DNA of 63,956 bases, filler included, from Reclinomonas americana ATCC 50394 (lineage: Eukaryota), in assembly GCA_048213135.1 (NCBI GenBank). It is 6 parts of 4 records of this genome, joined end to end, with 100 filler letters (N's around TTAATTAATTAA, not from the genome) between each part and the next. Parts side by side here need not be neighbours in the genome. Positions count along the whole stretch, not along the records: positions 16,722 to 43,386 come from PS015446.1; 5 more parts are not named here. One strand, 5' to 3'. The position numbers and the translations under genes were made by a program. Below the pieces are notes generated by a model. That model made no database searches and had not been told where the DNA came from. It saw nothing but the letters and a program-made list of their open reading frames with translations. The number at the start of each line of letters is the position of its first letter. The first letter of the stretch is position 1. This document shows positions 25,018 through 36,567 of this stretch, in pieces.

Positions 25018-28000
25018 TCACTTGTCGAGCAAGTCGTCCAGCGATTCGATTTCGGGATCTGGGTCGTCGGCAGCCACGGTAGCAGTCGATCCGCGAGACG
25101 ACAGTGCAGAAGAGGAGCCAGATGATGAGGCTCCCTTCTTGTCGTCCTTCTTGTCATCCTTCTTGTCGTCCTTCTTCATCCACTTGAAGGGCGAGAGGAA
25201 GTTGGCCAGCATGCCACGCTTCTTCTTGGATCCATCACCGTCGCCGCCCTTGTCCTTGTCTGCGGCTGCACTGTCGCCAGGAGCCGATGGGGACGACGGG
25301 CCGGCACTGCCCAGAGGCGATTCAGAATCGGGAGGAGTGCCTTCCGCGTGCGCAATCAGGGCCGCGGAGGCCGTGGTGGACGACGACGAGGAAGAGGAGG
25401 AAGAAGCGCCGCCGCCGCCACCGCCAAGAACAGCTTCGGCCGAGAGCGTGGGCTTGGCGTTGTACCGCGCCTGGAACTCGGTGGGCAGTCGATTGAGCAT
25501 CTCGTCGCGCAGCAGTGTTACGTCCTTGGACTGCGCGGACGACAGCGACGATGTCCACGCCATCATCTCGGTCAGCGACGGCAGCACGCGATCCGTAATC
25601 AACTCATTTGGTACGGCTGCAATGGGGCACAGAGTTCAGCCACGGTTGCTGCTGTGTTCTTCACGCATGCGCCGCACGCAACTGCTTCCCATGACGGCGC
25701 GGAAGCACTCAATGAGACCGGTGAGCCAGGCCTTTCGCTTGGCCTTGGAGTCGAGTTCGCGCAGCCGGTAGGGGACCATAGTGAATCTTGGAATCAAGAC
25801 TGTCGCAGGGGGAATAGAAAAGAATCAGTGCTCCGCCAGCCAGCCTGCCTGCCTGCTTCTCTTCGACTTGCACGACAACGCAACAGTTTTCACGAATCTT
25901 CTCGTGAACATTCGGCAGTGCCTCCGAGAACGACGTGAGCATCTCCTCAATGGCCTCGAAACTGGCCCCGTCAAGCAGGCTGTCCATCACAGTTTGCACA
26001 CGATCGACCACCGGCTGCGACAATCAACAGCGGTGGATGAGCAACTCGTGCACTGCAGAAGAGTCAGCAACGCGAAACTCACCGACAACGCGTTGACCGA
26101 GTTCAGCACCACCGTGAGGGCACGGATCAGTGCACAGCGGACCTTCGGCGTCTCGTCCGACCCAAAAGTGATGAGCGCAGGCAGCACACGGTTGGAGATC
26201 ACATCTTCCGATACTTGATCCACCAGTGCGCTGAAGACAGAAATGAGGATTACGCGCACATTGGCCTCGGGTCGCACTACCAGGTGCCAGAGGGCGACGA
26301 GCACCGATTCGGCCAGCGATCGCGACACCGACCTGCAGCACTATCAGTGTTGTTCTCACAAAGATGAGAAGAGAACCAGCCGACGCAACACTGCATGTCG
26401 AACCGCCTCGCACAGCACTTGCGGAGACTCTGCATCCCATCGCTTGTCGCCAGACGCCATCTGCGACACGGTAATCTCCAAAAACGTAGTCACATTGGCC
26501 TCGTTGATGACGGGCAACACGCCCGACAGGAACGTCAGCAAAATCGTCTTGCGCGCTGTGCGTCGTTGCGTCAGCATCGTGCGACCAGAAACCACTGTAG
26601 CTNNNNNNNNNNNNNNNNNNNNNNNNNNNNNNNNNNNNNNNNNNNNNNNNNNNNNNNNNNNNNNNNNNNNNNNNNNNNNNNNNNNNNNNNNNNNNNNNNN
26701 NNNNNNNNNNNNNNNNNNNNNNNNNNNNNNNNNNNNNNNNNNNNNNNNNNNNNNNNNNNNNNNNNNNNNNNNNNNNNNNNNNNNNNNNNNNNNNNNNNNN
26801 NNNNNNNNNNNNNNNNNNNNNNNNNNNNNNNNNNNNNNNNNNNNNNNNNNNNNNNNNNNNNNNNNNNNNNNNNNNNNNNNNNNNNNNNNNNNNNNNNNNN
26901 NNNNNNNNNNNNNNNNNNNNNNNNNNNNNNNNNNNNNNNNNNNNNNNNNNNNNNNNNNNNNNNNNNNNNNNNNNNNNNNNNNNNNNNNNNNNNNNNNNNN
27001 NNNNNNNNNNNNNNNNNNNNNNNNNNNNNNNNNNNNNNNNNNGCCCCGGCTGGCGCTGCTGCTGCCGCCCCTCATCCCCCACCGGCTGCGTCGGCTGCTG
27101 CATCGGCGGCGTCGGGTTCCGGTGGTGCGCTATCGTTCGTGTCACCATTTTTCTTGTGTGTTCCTGTCTCACGGTTACGCGCAGCCAATGTCCCGCTTGC
27201 GTTCTTCCCCTTGTTCGTGGCTCATCTGGAGTCGGCCACTGCCGATGCCAAGACCGAGGACGACACGGCGGATCGGTTAACTCGCCAGGCGAGCGGAATT
27301 GCGCAGGGATTGGCGCTGGCCTTTACGCGGCTGTTCCCCAGGGCCACCATCGAGACGGCGCCCAACCTCTTGCTGGAGGTGGCCTTTACACAGGTGAGTG
27401 AGTGTTCCTTTCAGTCTCCCTCTATTTTATGTCAGATGAGTGCTGAGCGAGCGTTGCGTGCTGCAGTGGGACATTTTGAAGCAGCACCCAAAGATGCCGG
27501 AAGACGTGTCGGTGGTGGAACGCGCACGCAATCTGCACAACGACGAGGCATCGTCGTTCCTCCAGTCGCTTCTTGGAGAATATGTTAAAATCGAGGTGGG
27601 ACGACGAGGGCGCGGACAGCGTGAGGCGTGGGGTCCTGTGGCGTGGCTGCTCGACGAGGCACTGCCGAGGATACGCAACTGTGTTGTGTTGCTGCCGAGA
27701 GCCAAGACGCGAGTGCACCAGGCGTTGGCCGGACTGGTGCGCACCATTGCACAGCTGTGTGGAACGGCATTTTGTGAGCACGCGGTGCTGCCGTTCTTCC
27801 AGGAGGTGCTGGAGGACCCGAAGAATCACGATGGTGTGTATAAAATNNNNNNNNNNNNNNNNNNNNNNNNNNNNNNNNNNNNNNNNNNNNNNNNNNNNNN
27901 NNNNNNNNNNNNNNNNNNNNNNNNNNNNNNNNNNNNNNNNNNNNNNNNNNNNNNNNNNNNNNNNNNNNNNNNNNNNNNNNNNNNNNNNNNNNNNNNNNNN

Positions 28001-31000
28001 NNNNNNNNNNNNNNNNNNNNNNNNNNNNNNNNNNNNNNNNNNNNNNNNNNNNNNNNNNNNNNNNNNNNNNNNNNNNNNNNNNNNNNNNNNNNNNNNNNNN
28101 NNNNNNNNNNNNNNNNNNNNNNNNNNNNNNNNNNNNNNNNNNNNNNNNNNNNNNNNNNNNNNNNNNNNNNNNNNNNNNNNNNNNNNNNNNNNNNNNNNNN
28201 NNNNNNNNNNNNNNNNNNNNNNNNNNNNNNNNNNNNNNNNNNNNNNNNNNNNNNNNNNNNNNNNNNNNNNNNNNNNNNNNNNNNNNNNNNNNNNNNNNNN
28301 NNNNNNNNNNNNNNNNNNNNNNNNNNNNNNNNNNNNNNNNNNNNNNNNNNNNNNNNNNNNNNNNNNNNNNNNNNNNNNNNNNNNNNNNNNNNNNNNGGCG
28401 GCCGGCTCGACTTGGAAGAGAGCACGGCGGTGGCGTACCCACTTGGAAAGCGCTGGCATCAGGTGCGCAAGAGTGGCCGAGTGCACCGTCGACGACGAGT
28501 CGCCGAGTGCTGCGCGCGTCATGTCCAGCACCTGTGATGACGAGAGCCGTATGAGGACGGAGCACGAGAAGCCTATTGCAGTGCACAGCGGCCCACACAC
28601 CTCTCCCAATTTGTTGGTAGTCGACATCTTCTCCAGCAGTCTGGACAGACTGACAATGGTGGCCTCACGCACCAAATCAGACTGATCGTGCAAGAGTTGC
28701 GAGAGGATCGGCAACACCAGTGACTCGCGCATGGTGGGCTCCACAAACGATCCAAGACGTCCGCACGCCTCCGCCACCAGTAACCGTCGCTCCTCAATCT
28801 GATGCGTGACTTGTTCGCACATTTCAGGGAACAAGTCGGATTCGAGCCGCTGGAACGACGAGCGCTCCGACACCTCCACAAACGCCTCCAGAATGAGTCC
28901 GCGCTGCAATCAGCATGGCCACTGGTCAGCAACATTTCACCGACCGAACAGGGAAAGGGATCGCACCTGTACACGATCTGGCTTGCGGACGAGATTAAAG
29001 AGTGCCAGAGTCAGTTCTTGGCGACGTTTGCTCTTCGGCAGCAACTCCAGCGTGCCCAGCAGCAACGGAATGAGATCAGGTCTCTTTTGCAACGCGACTC
29101 CGGGAATAAGATTGATCAGTGCATCGGCCACCGACATGACAAACTCGGGCGACGCCGGTTTGACATCCACCTCCACCACGGCGGCGGCCGCTGCGGCCGT
29201 TGAGGGCGATGGACTTGAGGGCGAAGAAAGGACGACAGAGACGCCACCAGACGCTGCCGATGACGATGCTGGCGACACTGGCGAAGACTCTGCACCATGT
29301 GCAGCAGCTGCCGGAGGCGACGACGCAGCGGTGGCAGCAGCAGCAGCGGCAGCAGCAGCGACGGCGGCAGCCGAGTCTGCGAATCATCATCACAGGTCAC
29401 ATTGACAAGCTCCAACTATATGCTGTGGTGGCATCATGTGCGCGACGCAACTGGCTGTCTGCAACTCCGCCGTCAAGTGCGTGACACGATGCAGTGCCGA
29501 TGCGAGATCCGCTTGTGACTTGGCGAAATCATGCTCCAGCTTCTCAAGCTTGGTGGCCGCCGTGCGCAACTCGCTCTGCACATGCATTGCGTGAGGGAAG
29601 CTCGGCACCAACAACAGTCTAGAGCACGAGGAATGCTAGCGGACCGTCAACTGCTCTGTCTTGCGACGTGACGTGGGCATGCGATAGTAGCGCAGCAAGT
29701 ACACCAAGTCCAGCGGGTCGCCCCGCAATGTGCGACTTGATTTGGGATCCGGTACGGCCGTCTCACTCGCCTGCACTCACATGCAATCATTGGCATCAGA
29801 GGCGCCACTATGCTGGTCGTCGCTTCTCTCCCTCTCACACACACACACACTCACCTCGCCTGCTAATGTCACCGCCGTCACCTTGTAGCCATTGGCACGC
29901 AAGTAGCTGGTCACCAGTGCATTCAGGAGCGCTCGTTCCACCGCCGCAATCGGCGCATGCAGCGCCTCCTGCACGCGCAGTGAGTGACGCCAATTTGCAC
30001 ATGAGTGCATCTATGTGCATACGCAACATCCGACACTTCCTCCGCATCGTGCAGCGCCTGTGCATGCGCCGGTGAGTCGGGATGCTCCAACAGGCGCGCA
30101 TCCGACGCAGAACCGGCTGCTGCCGTGGCCGGTGTGACGACAACTGTCGAGGCCGACGATCTCCTGGCGTCGGTGGACGACGACGAGGAGGATGCCGCTG
30201 TGACACGCGTTGTTGTTGACAATAATAAGCTCACGATAGTCGAACTGTGCGACGACAGCAACCGACGCACCCGACGCCTTCTCCAAAGCATTCGCCAGAT
30301 CATCGCGACACACCGACAGCTCATACTCTAGCTGCGCGATGCGTTTCCGATCGGCCTCGGCTCGCTTCTGCAACTCGGCATTGGCCGAACCCGCTGCCGA
30401 CACAGTCACCGGCGCCATTGGCGGCCGCCCTCCACTCCCGTCGCCGGCACGGTGGCCGCCAACAGCCGGCGCCCCCTGCGATGACGTATCCGAGGATGAA
30501 TCACCCGTTCCACCGCCGCCACCACCGACGCCAAGATACTGCTGTGGGCGTGCTCCGAGGCCCGGCGGCTGAGTGGCATCGGAGGACGACCGACCGCGCC
30601 GAACTGATGCCGCACAACGAAATGAGTGATCACGACCCGGTACGGCACTGGAAGAGATATAGGAGAGACGTAACGGACACCACCGGCACCACTGCTGCCG
30701 ATGCCTCCACCGGCGCCACTCTGCGACACCACCTGCGTGGCGTTGTTGACGGGCGGAAATCGCACAGAATCACTGAAAAAGGCCTGCAGTTTGTCGCAGT
30801 CTCGACCGCACTCGAGTAGCTCCTGCACGAGTGATGACAACGACACATACGCACACACGAATGAGTGTGGCGAAGGGCGTCTGCGTGTGTGCGTGCGTGC
30901 GTGCGAGGAATCCGCCACGGCGATCGCCCACACCCTCGCACACGCGCGGGAAGACACATGTGGCACTCATCGCACAGGCACACGGAGACAGACGTGCCAT

Positions 31001-31163
31001 GAGACAGAGGGAGAGAGACGGAGAGGGGAGAGAGAGAGAGAGAGTCGGAGAAGGGACGAAACCTCATCATGACACATTGACACTCAACTTGGCGCAGCTC
31101 GAGGGCGGCCAGGTAGAAGCCTTCGTCCAGGAGGTACGACGCCACCTGGTTGACGTCAACCAT
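25018..31163 (-). CDS. RELCH: RELCH/KIAA1468 LisH, coiled-coil and HEAT repeat protein; two gaps inside
   Basis: N-terminus VASYLLDEGFYLAALELRQ|ELLECGRDCDKLQAFFSD; second LisH ERALLNALVTSYLRANGYKVTAVTL; LINLIPGVALQKRPDLIPLL; LFNLVRKPDRVQ|RGLIL; EERRLLVAEACG; RVLPALITFGSD. Confidence 0.9.
27043..27846 (+). CDS. RELCH: Internal RELCH exons on the opposite strand (probably an inverted contig)
   Basis: Gap-flanked block encoding WGPVAWLLDEALPRI..VHQALAGLVRTIAQLCGTAFCEHAVLPFFQEVL, resembling the mid-region of KIAA1468 that is missing from the minus-strand model. Confidence 0.65.
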
Positions 31164-31266
31164 TGCGGGCGACGATGCACGTCAAAGATTGTGGGACAGA
31201 TCGTGGTGACGTGTCGCATCGTTTGTCCTTACATTCAATCTTCATATTTTTTGAAGCGCCGCCACC

Positions 31267-32047
31267 ATGTCTGAGGGATCATCATCAGGAGTCAACGCCA
31301 AGGCGTACCCGCTCGCACCGCCGCAGCTGACCACCAAGATCTTGGAGCTGGTGCAGCAGGCCATGCAGTACCGCCAGGTCAAGAAGGGCGCCAACGAAGG
31401 TTTGTGCATTCTCCGCCACCCGACGAGGAGAGAGGAAGAGAGAGCGATGTAGCAGTCGCCGTTCGTTTCACATTGTCAGAAGAGAAGTGGGTGAACAGAG
31501 CGTGCGTGGGAGAGAGTCGATGTCGGTGTGCATGTGCATGTGCATGCGCAACTCTTGACGCGCCTCCCTCACTCTCCCCCCACTACTGCTGATCCTTGCT
31601 CACTCTCCCTTTGTGTGTCTGTGTGCAGCGACCAAGACGCTGAACCGCGGACAGGCGCAAGTGATTGTCATGGCGGCCGACACGGAGCCTCTGGAGATTT
31701 TGCTGCACTTGCCACTGCTGTGCGAAGACAAGGTGTGTGTGTGTGTGTGTGTGTGTGTGGTTTCTTTGCTTTGTGAATGTGTGATGCAATGAGTGGCTTA
31801 TCATCGGCGTGTGTGTGCAGAACGTGCCGTACGTGTTTGTGCCTTCCAAGTCGGCTCTCGGTCGCGCCTGCGGTGTCAGCCGACCTGTGATCAGCGCCAG
31901 CATCATTGACGCTGGTTCGTGTCTGTGTACGAGAGTGTGCATCTGTGGTGGTGTGCTGATTGATGTGTGTGTGTGTGTGCAGGTGGCAGCCAGTTGACAA
32001 ACCAGATCAACGCGCTCAAGGATGAGATTGAGAAGCTGCTAATCTAA
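31267..32047 (+). CDS. SNU13: SNU13/15.5K K-turn RNA-binding protein, 4 exons
   Basis: Motifs [68 protein letters not shown] and IEKLLI*. Confidence 0.97.
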
Positions 32048-32418
32048 GATAACACCCCCTCCCTTGTTTTCCTCTTTGGCCTCTCTGCGGGGTGTCGCGT
32101 TGCTCGTCAATGTGGTGGATGGTTGGTGTGGTTGTTTGCGCTGAGGGGGGCGCGCGCTCGGCGAGAGAGAATCAGAGTTGATGATGAGGGGCGTGGCAAT
32201 TGTGATGTGTATTACATGACGGTCGTTGATGGTGATGGCATTGGTGGTGGGGTCTGTTCCCTCGCTATTGCCAAGTGATCCTCCTTGGAATTTCTCCGCC
32301 GCTCCGGGCGAACGTCGACTGCTATCGCGAGTCCTGTTGCGTCCATCAAGAGAGACGACGAGGGGAGAGAGCGCGCAATGTGCCTGTAGCCACCCGCTGC
32401 AATACACACACAAAGGCC

Positions 32419-33312
32419 ATGGTGCGTGTGTGGTTTGTGCGCGTGGCGCCCGACGAAGAAGACGAAGGAGAACAAAGCAAAAGGGAAGAAGAAGATCGCT
32501 TTGTCGCCGAATTGCGCAGGCAGTGGTCATCGTCGTTGCCGCCACTGGAGCAGGCGCGCGTGGTGCCTGTGCTGGCCACACGCTACCTGTTCGACGAACC
32601 ACCGAGTGCACAAGAGGTGGAGGATGTGATGCGGCGACACGACGGACTCGTGTTGACCAGTCGCCGTGGTGTGGTCGGCTTTGCGCACTGGCTGCACCAC
32701 GTGGGCTCGGTGCCGGCCGAGTGGCCCGTGTTTGTGGTGGGACCCAGTTGCGTCGCCGCATGATCATCATCGCTTGCTTCCACTCCCCCCACTCACAGCT
32801 GCTGAGCAGCGACCGGCGCCACGGCACAAGAGTTGCTGCACATCGATGCACAGCGCATGGTGGCTGTCACCGAGGGCGGCGCGAGTGCGCTGGCCGAGGC
32901 CATCATTGGTCGGGCGGCGAGCGCAGAGCCAGCTCGTCGTCTGCTCTTCCCGTGCGGACAACGCCGACGCAACGAACTGGTCGACATGCTGACGGCCGCC
33001 GAGGCCGCCACCGTCACCGAGCTGGTGGTCTACGACTGCACACGCCGACTGTCGGCTGCAGAGGCCGGCATCAATGAAGAAGTCGCGCCGCCGCCCGACT
33101 GGCTGGTGGTCTTTAGCGGAGCGTGCGCCGAGGCTGTGCGCGATCTGCTTGGCGAGTGCGATCGGGTGCGTGGAATCGTCGCTCTTGGACGCACCACCGC
33201 CGAGGCGTGTCGTGCACTGGATGTGTGGCCACCCGACCGGATCCACACCGCCGCGTCGCCGTCGCCTGCAGACGTGGCGGCCGCACTTGTCCGTCCGTAC
33301 GCGACTGAGTGA
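32419..33312 (+). CDS. UROS: Uroporphyrinogen-III synthase (HemD/HEM4), 2 exons
   Basis: Motifs VPVLAT, DGLVLTSRRGV, VFVVGP, LLFPCG, ELVVYD, PDWLVVFS, VALGRTTA and AASPSPADV. The intron starts GTTGCG at 32747. Confidence 0.85.
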
Positions 33313-33411
33313 ACGAATTTCCTCTTCGTTGTCATGCTTGTCTCACTTTGTCGCCTCGTTCCACCAAGAGCGTTGCTCTCCTCCTGCTCCTCCTCTGTTT
33401 CCCTCTCCTTC

Positions 33412-34742
33412 ATGGCCTCTGCTGCTTCATCGTCGTCTGGGGACCCTGCGCCTGCAGGTCGTGAAGGGCGTGGTCGCGGTGGTGGTCGTGGTGGAGGAGG
33501 TCGTCAAGCACCGCCCCCAAAGAAGGCCGTTGCCACCTTTTCGTACCCACAGCAGGAGAGTGCCGAGGGTGTGCTGGTGGACATTGGCATCAACCTGCAG
33601 AACAAGCAGTTCCGCGGCGATGAGCTGAAGGTGGGAACAGAGAGTGCATGCATTCGTGTGTGCGTGTTGTGCAGCTCGCTGACATGCTGGCGAGTGCAGG
33701 TGCTCGAGCAGGCGGCAGTGGCCGGTGTGCGTGGCATTGTCATCACTGGCACCTCGGTGAAGAACTCGCAAAAGGCGTTGCGCGTGCTGCGAGAGTACGG
33801 CACCGCGGCTGCAGAGATGGTGTGTGTGAGAAAACAACACCACTGTCACCTCCCACTGCATCGCTCATTGCGTGCACGACTATGCAGGGTCTCCAACTGT
33901 TCTCCACGGCCGGCGTACACCCACACGATGCGTCGTCGTGCGACGGCGACACGCTGCGACAACTGACCGACATGCTGCGGGAGCCGAATGTGGTCGCCGT
34001 CGGTCCGTGTCGCTCCTTCTCTCTTCTTCATCGGTCTCCCGTCTCACCCGCTGCGTGCTGTAGGCGAGTGCGGACTGGACTTTGATCGCATGTTCAGTCC
34101 ACGGGAGGTGCAGCTGGAGTGGTTTGAGCGGCAAGTGCGATTGGCGTGCGAGTTGCGCAAGCCGCTGTTCTTGCACGAGCGTGCGGCCGGCGCCGACTTT
34201 GTCGCCATCCTCGACAAGTTCAGCAGCGCCGAGTTGCCGCCCGTGTGTGTACACTGCTACACGGGCACGGACGAGGAGCTGCAGGCGTACCTCGATCGCG
34301 GCTTCTACATTGGTATCACGGGATGGATTTGTGACGAGCGACGCGGCACGCACTTGCTCGAGTCTGTGAAGCGCATTCCGCGTGACCGGCTGATGATCGA
34401 GGTTGGATGTCGTCTCGCCCTCCTCCCCTGTGCATGCGTTCCCTCACCGCCTCGTTGCGCTCAGACGGACGCGCCGTTCTTGATTCCGCGCAATATTCGC
34501 CCCAAGCCCAAGTTCCACCGCAACGAGCCTGCTCTGCTGCCGTTTGTGTGCCGCATGATCTCCGAGGCTCTGGGCATGTCGTTCGACGAAGTTGCGTTCT
34601 GTGTGTGCATCGATACACCGTGTCGCCTTTCCCAATTCCACCCTTCGCAGGTGGCCACGATGACCACGGAGAACGCCGAGCGTTTCTTCGGCGTTAGCAT
34701 CGACCGTGGAATCAGTCCCGCTGCGGCCGCTGCCGCCACCGC
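33412..34742 (+). CDS. tatD: TatD-family metal-dependent DNase; stop codon lost in the gap
   Basis: Motifs [62 protein letters not shown] and RNEPA. Confidence 0.95.
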
Positions 34743-35019
34743 NNNNNNNNNNNNNNNNNNNNNNNNNNNNNNNNNNNNNNNNNNNNNNNNNNNNNNNNNN
34801 NNNNNNNNNNNNNNNNNNNNNNNNNNNNNNNNNNNNNNNNNNNNNNNNNNNNNNNNNNNNNNNNNNNNNNNNNNNNNNNNNNNNNNNNNNNNNNNNNNNN
34901 NNNNNNNNNNNNNNNNNNNNNNNNNNNNNNNNNNNNNNNNNNNNNNNNNNNNNNNNNNNNNNNNNNNNNNNNNNNNNNNNNNNNNNNNNNNNNNNNNNNN
35001 NNNNNNNNNNNNNNNNNNN

Positions 35020-36189
35020 GATACCACCGCCGCCACAAGCAGGAGCGCTGCCTGGACGCCAGCTTTCAGCGGCCCCACTACCACCACCACCACCGCCGCC
35101 ACCACCACCACCGCCACCGCCAGCAAGTCACGCATCTCCGGTGCCCGCCGATCAGTCTGTACAGCTAATGACTGGATTGGTGGGTGCTGGCGAGATGCAC
35201 GAGGAGATGGAGGTGGATGAATATGCGCAGCGTGCACGCGATGGAGACTCACGCGAGGACGAGGAGGACGAGTTCGACGACGGAGCGGTCCGTGGCGACA
35301 AGCTTCACGCGATGGTGTTTATCGGAGACGACGATCCGTTTGACGAGGAGGAAGACGATGGCGAGGACGGTGCTGGAGAGGAAGAAGACGCAGAAGATGA
35401 GGACTCGATGTACTCGGACGGCGACCAGGACGGCAATTCGTCAGTGGGTGCTGTGGACATGTCGGGCAGTCCGCGCATTCTGCGCGCACGGCGTCGTCGC
35501 TCGTCGAAGCTCGGTCACGATGGCGAGTTGATGCTTCCACGCGAGGCGATTGGCGGAGAAGATGTGGGCATGATGGAGGACGTCGACGAAGAGGAGGTCG
35601 AGGAGGAGGAGGAGGACGAGATGGAGATGGAGGCTGAGGAGCATGGCAGCGGGATTGTGTTGGGCGGCCATTCGCGATCTCTGCGGGTAGAGCAGGAGAG
35701 CGAGAGAGCGGCGCGTCAAGAGAGAGCTATGCCACCGAGCCTGGAGGGCGCTGAGGACTCGTTGGCTGGTGGCGGCGGTGTTGTTGCCGCAGCCGAAGAG
35801 CGAATGCAACAGGGCCTAATGATGAGCGAGGCCGAGCCGAACCACCCGTGGCAGGTTCAGCAGTCGGAGATTCGTGAGCAGCAGGAGGAAGTTGCGTTGA
35901 TTGTGCAGTGTTGTCAGCAGAGCTGTTGAGAATGGTGTGTTTTCGCTGACACACTCTCTCCCATCCCCTGTAGATGCAAGCCTTGATGGATGGCTTTGTG
36001 CCGGCAGCGGGAACCGATTACAGCGAAGCAGGAGTGGGGGCAGCGCCGGCGACGGAGGGTGCAGGCTCCTCTTCGTCTTCACGATCGGCGCAGCGGCCTC
36101 GTCGGCTCGCGCAATCAACCTCGGCAGCTCTTCGACTGTGCACGACGCCGGCGGCGCCGACGCCTCTTGATGAGCGCGACGAGCTGTGA
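35020..36189 (+). CDS. Acidic, Pro-rich low-complexity protein ending in RDEL; 5' end in the gap
   Basis: Long Glu/Asp-rich open frame. An intron at 35891-35973 (GTTGCG..TAG) joins in frame to MQALMD...DERDEL*. Confidence 0.6.
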
Positions 36190-36567
36190 GAAGAGAGATG
36201 GTATCCATGCGGAATTATTTTGTTGACGAGAGAGAGAGAGAGAGAGAAAGAGAGAGGAAAAAGCAAGCGGAGAAAGTGTGTTTGTTTGTTTGTTGTTGTT
36301 GTTGTTGTGTTCTTGTTTGGTGTGTATCCCGTTGTGCAATTGTAGTAAAGACGGTGAAAGACGCAAAAATGATGATTGTGATTTACGGTGCACTGTCTGC
36401 CGACGCTGCTGCTGCTGGCNNNNNNNNNNNNNNNNNNNNNNNNNNNNNNNNNNNNNNNNNNNNNNNNNNNNNNNNNNNNNNNNNNNNNNNNNNNNNNNNN
36501 NNNNNNNNNNNNNNNNNNNNNNNNNNNNNNNNNNNNNNNNNNNNNNNNNNNNNNNNNNNNNNNNNNN

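Noticed and set aside
31400..31982. Intronic box C/D snoRNA or autoregulatory K-turn in the SNU13 introns
   Set aside because: Only partial matches (GTGATG, CTGA) are present, without a convincing C/D pair and terminal stem. An Infernal/snoscan run would be needed.
32212..32346. Small minus-strand ORF (MDATGLAIAV...) between SNU13 and UROS
   Set aside because: No recognisable motif or splice support. It may be a chance ORF in GC-rich DNA.
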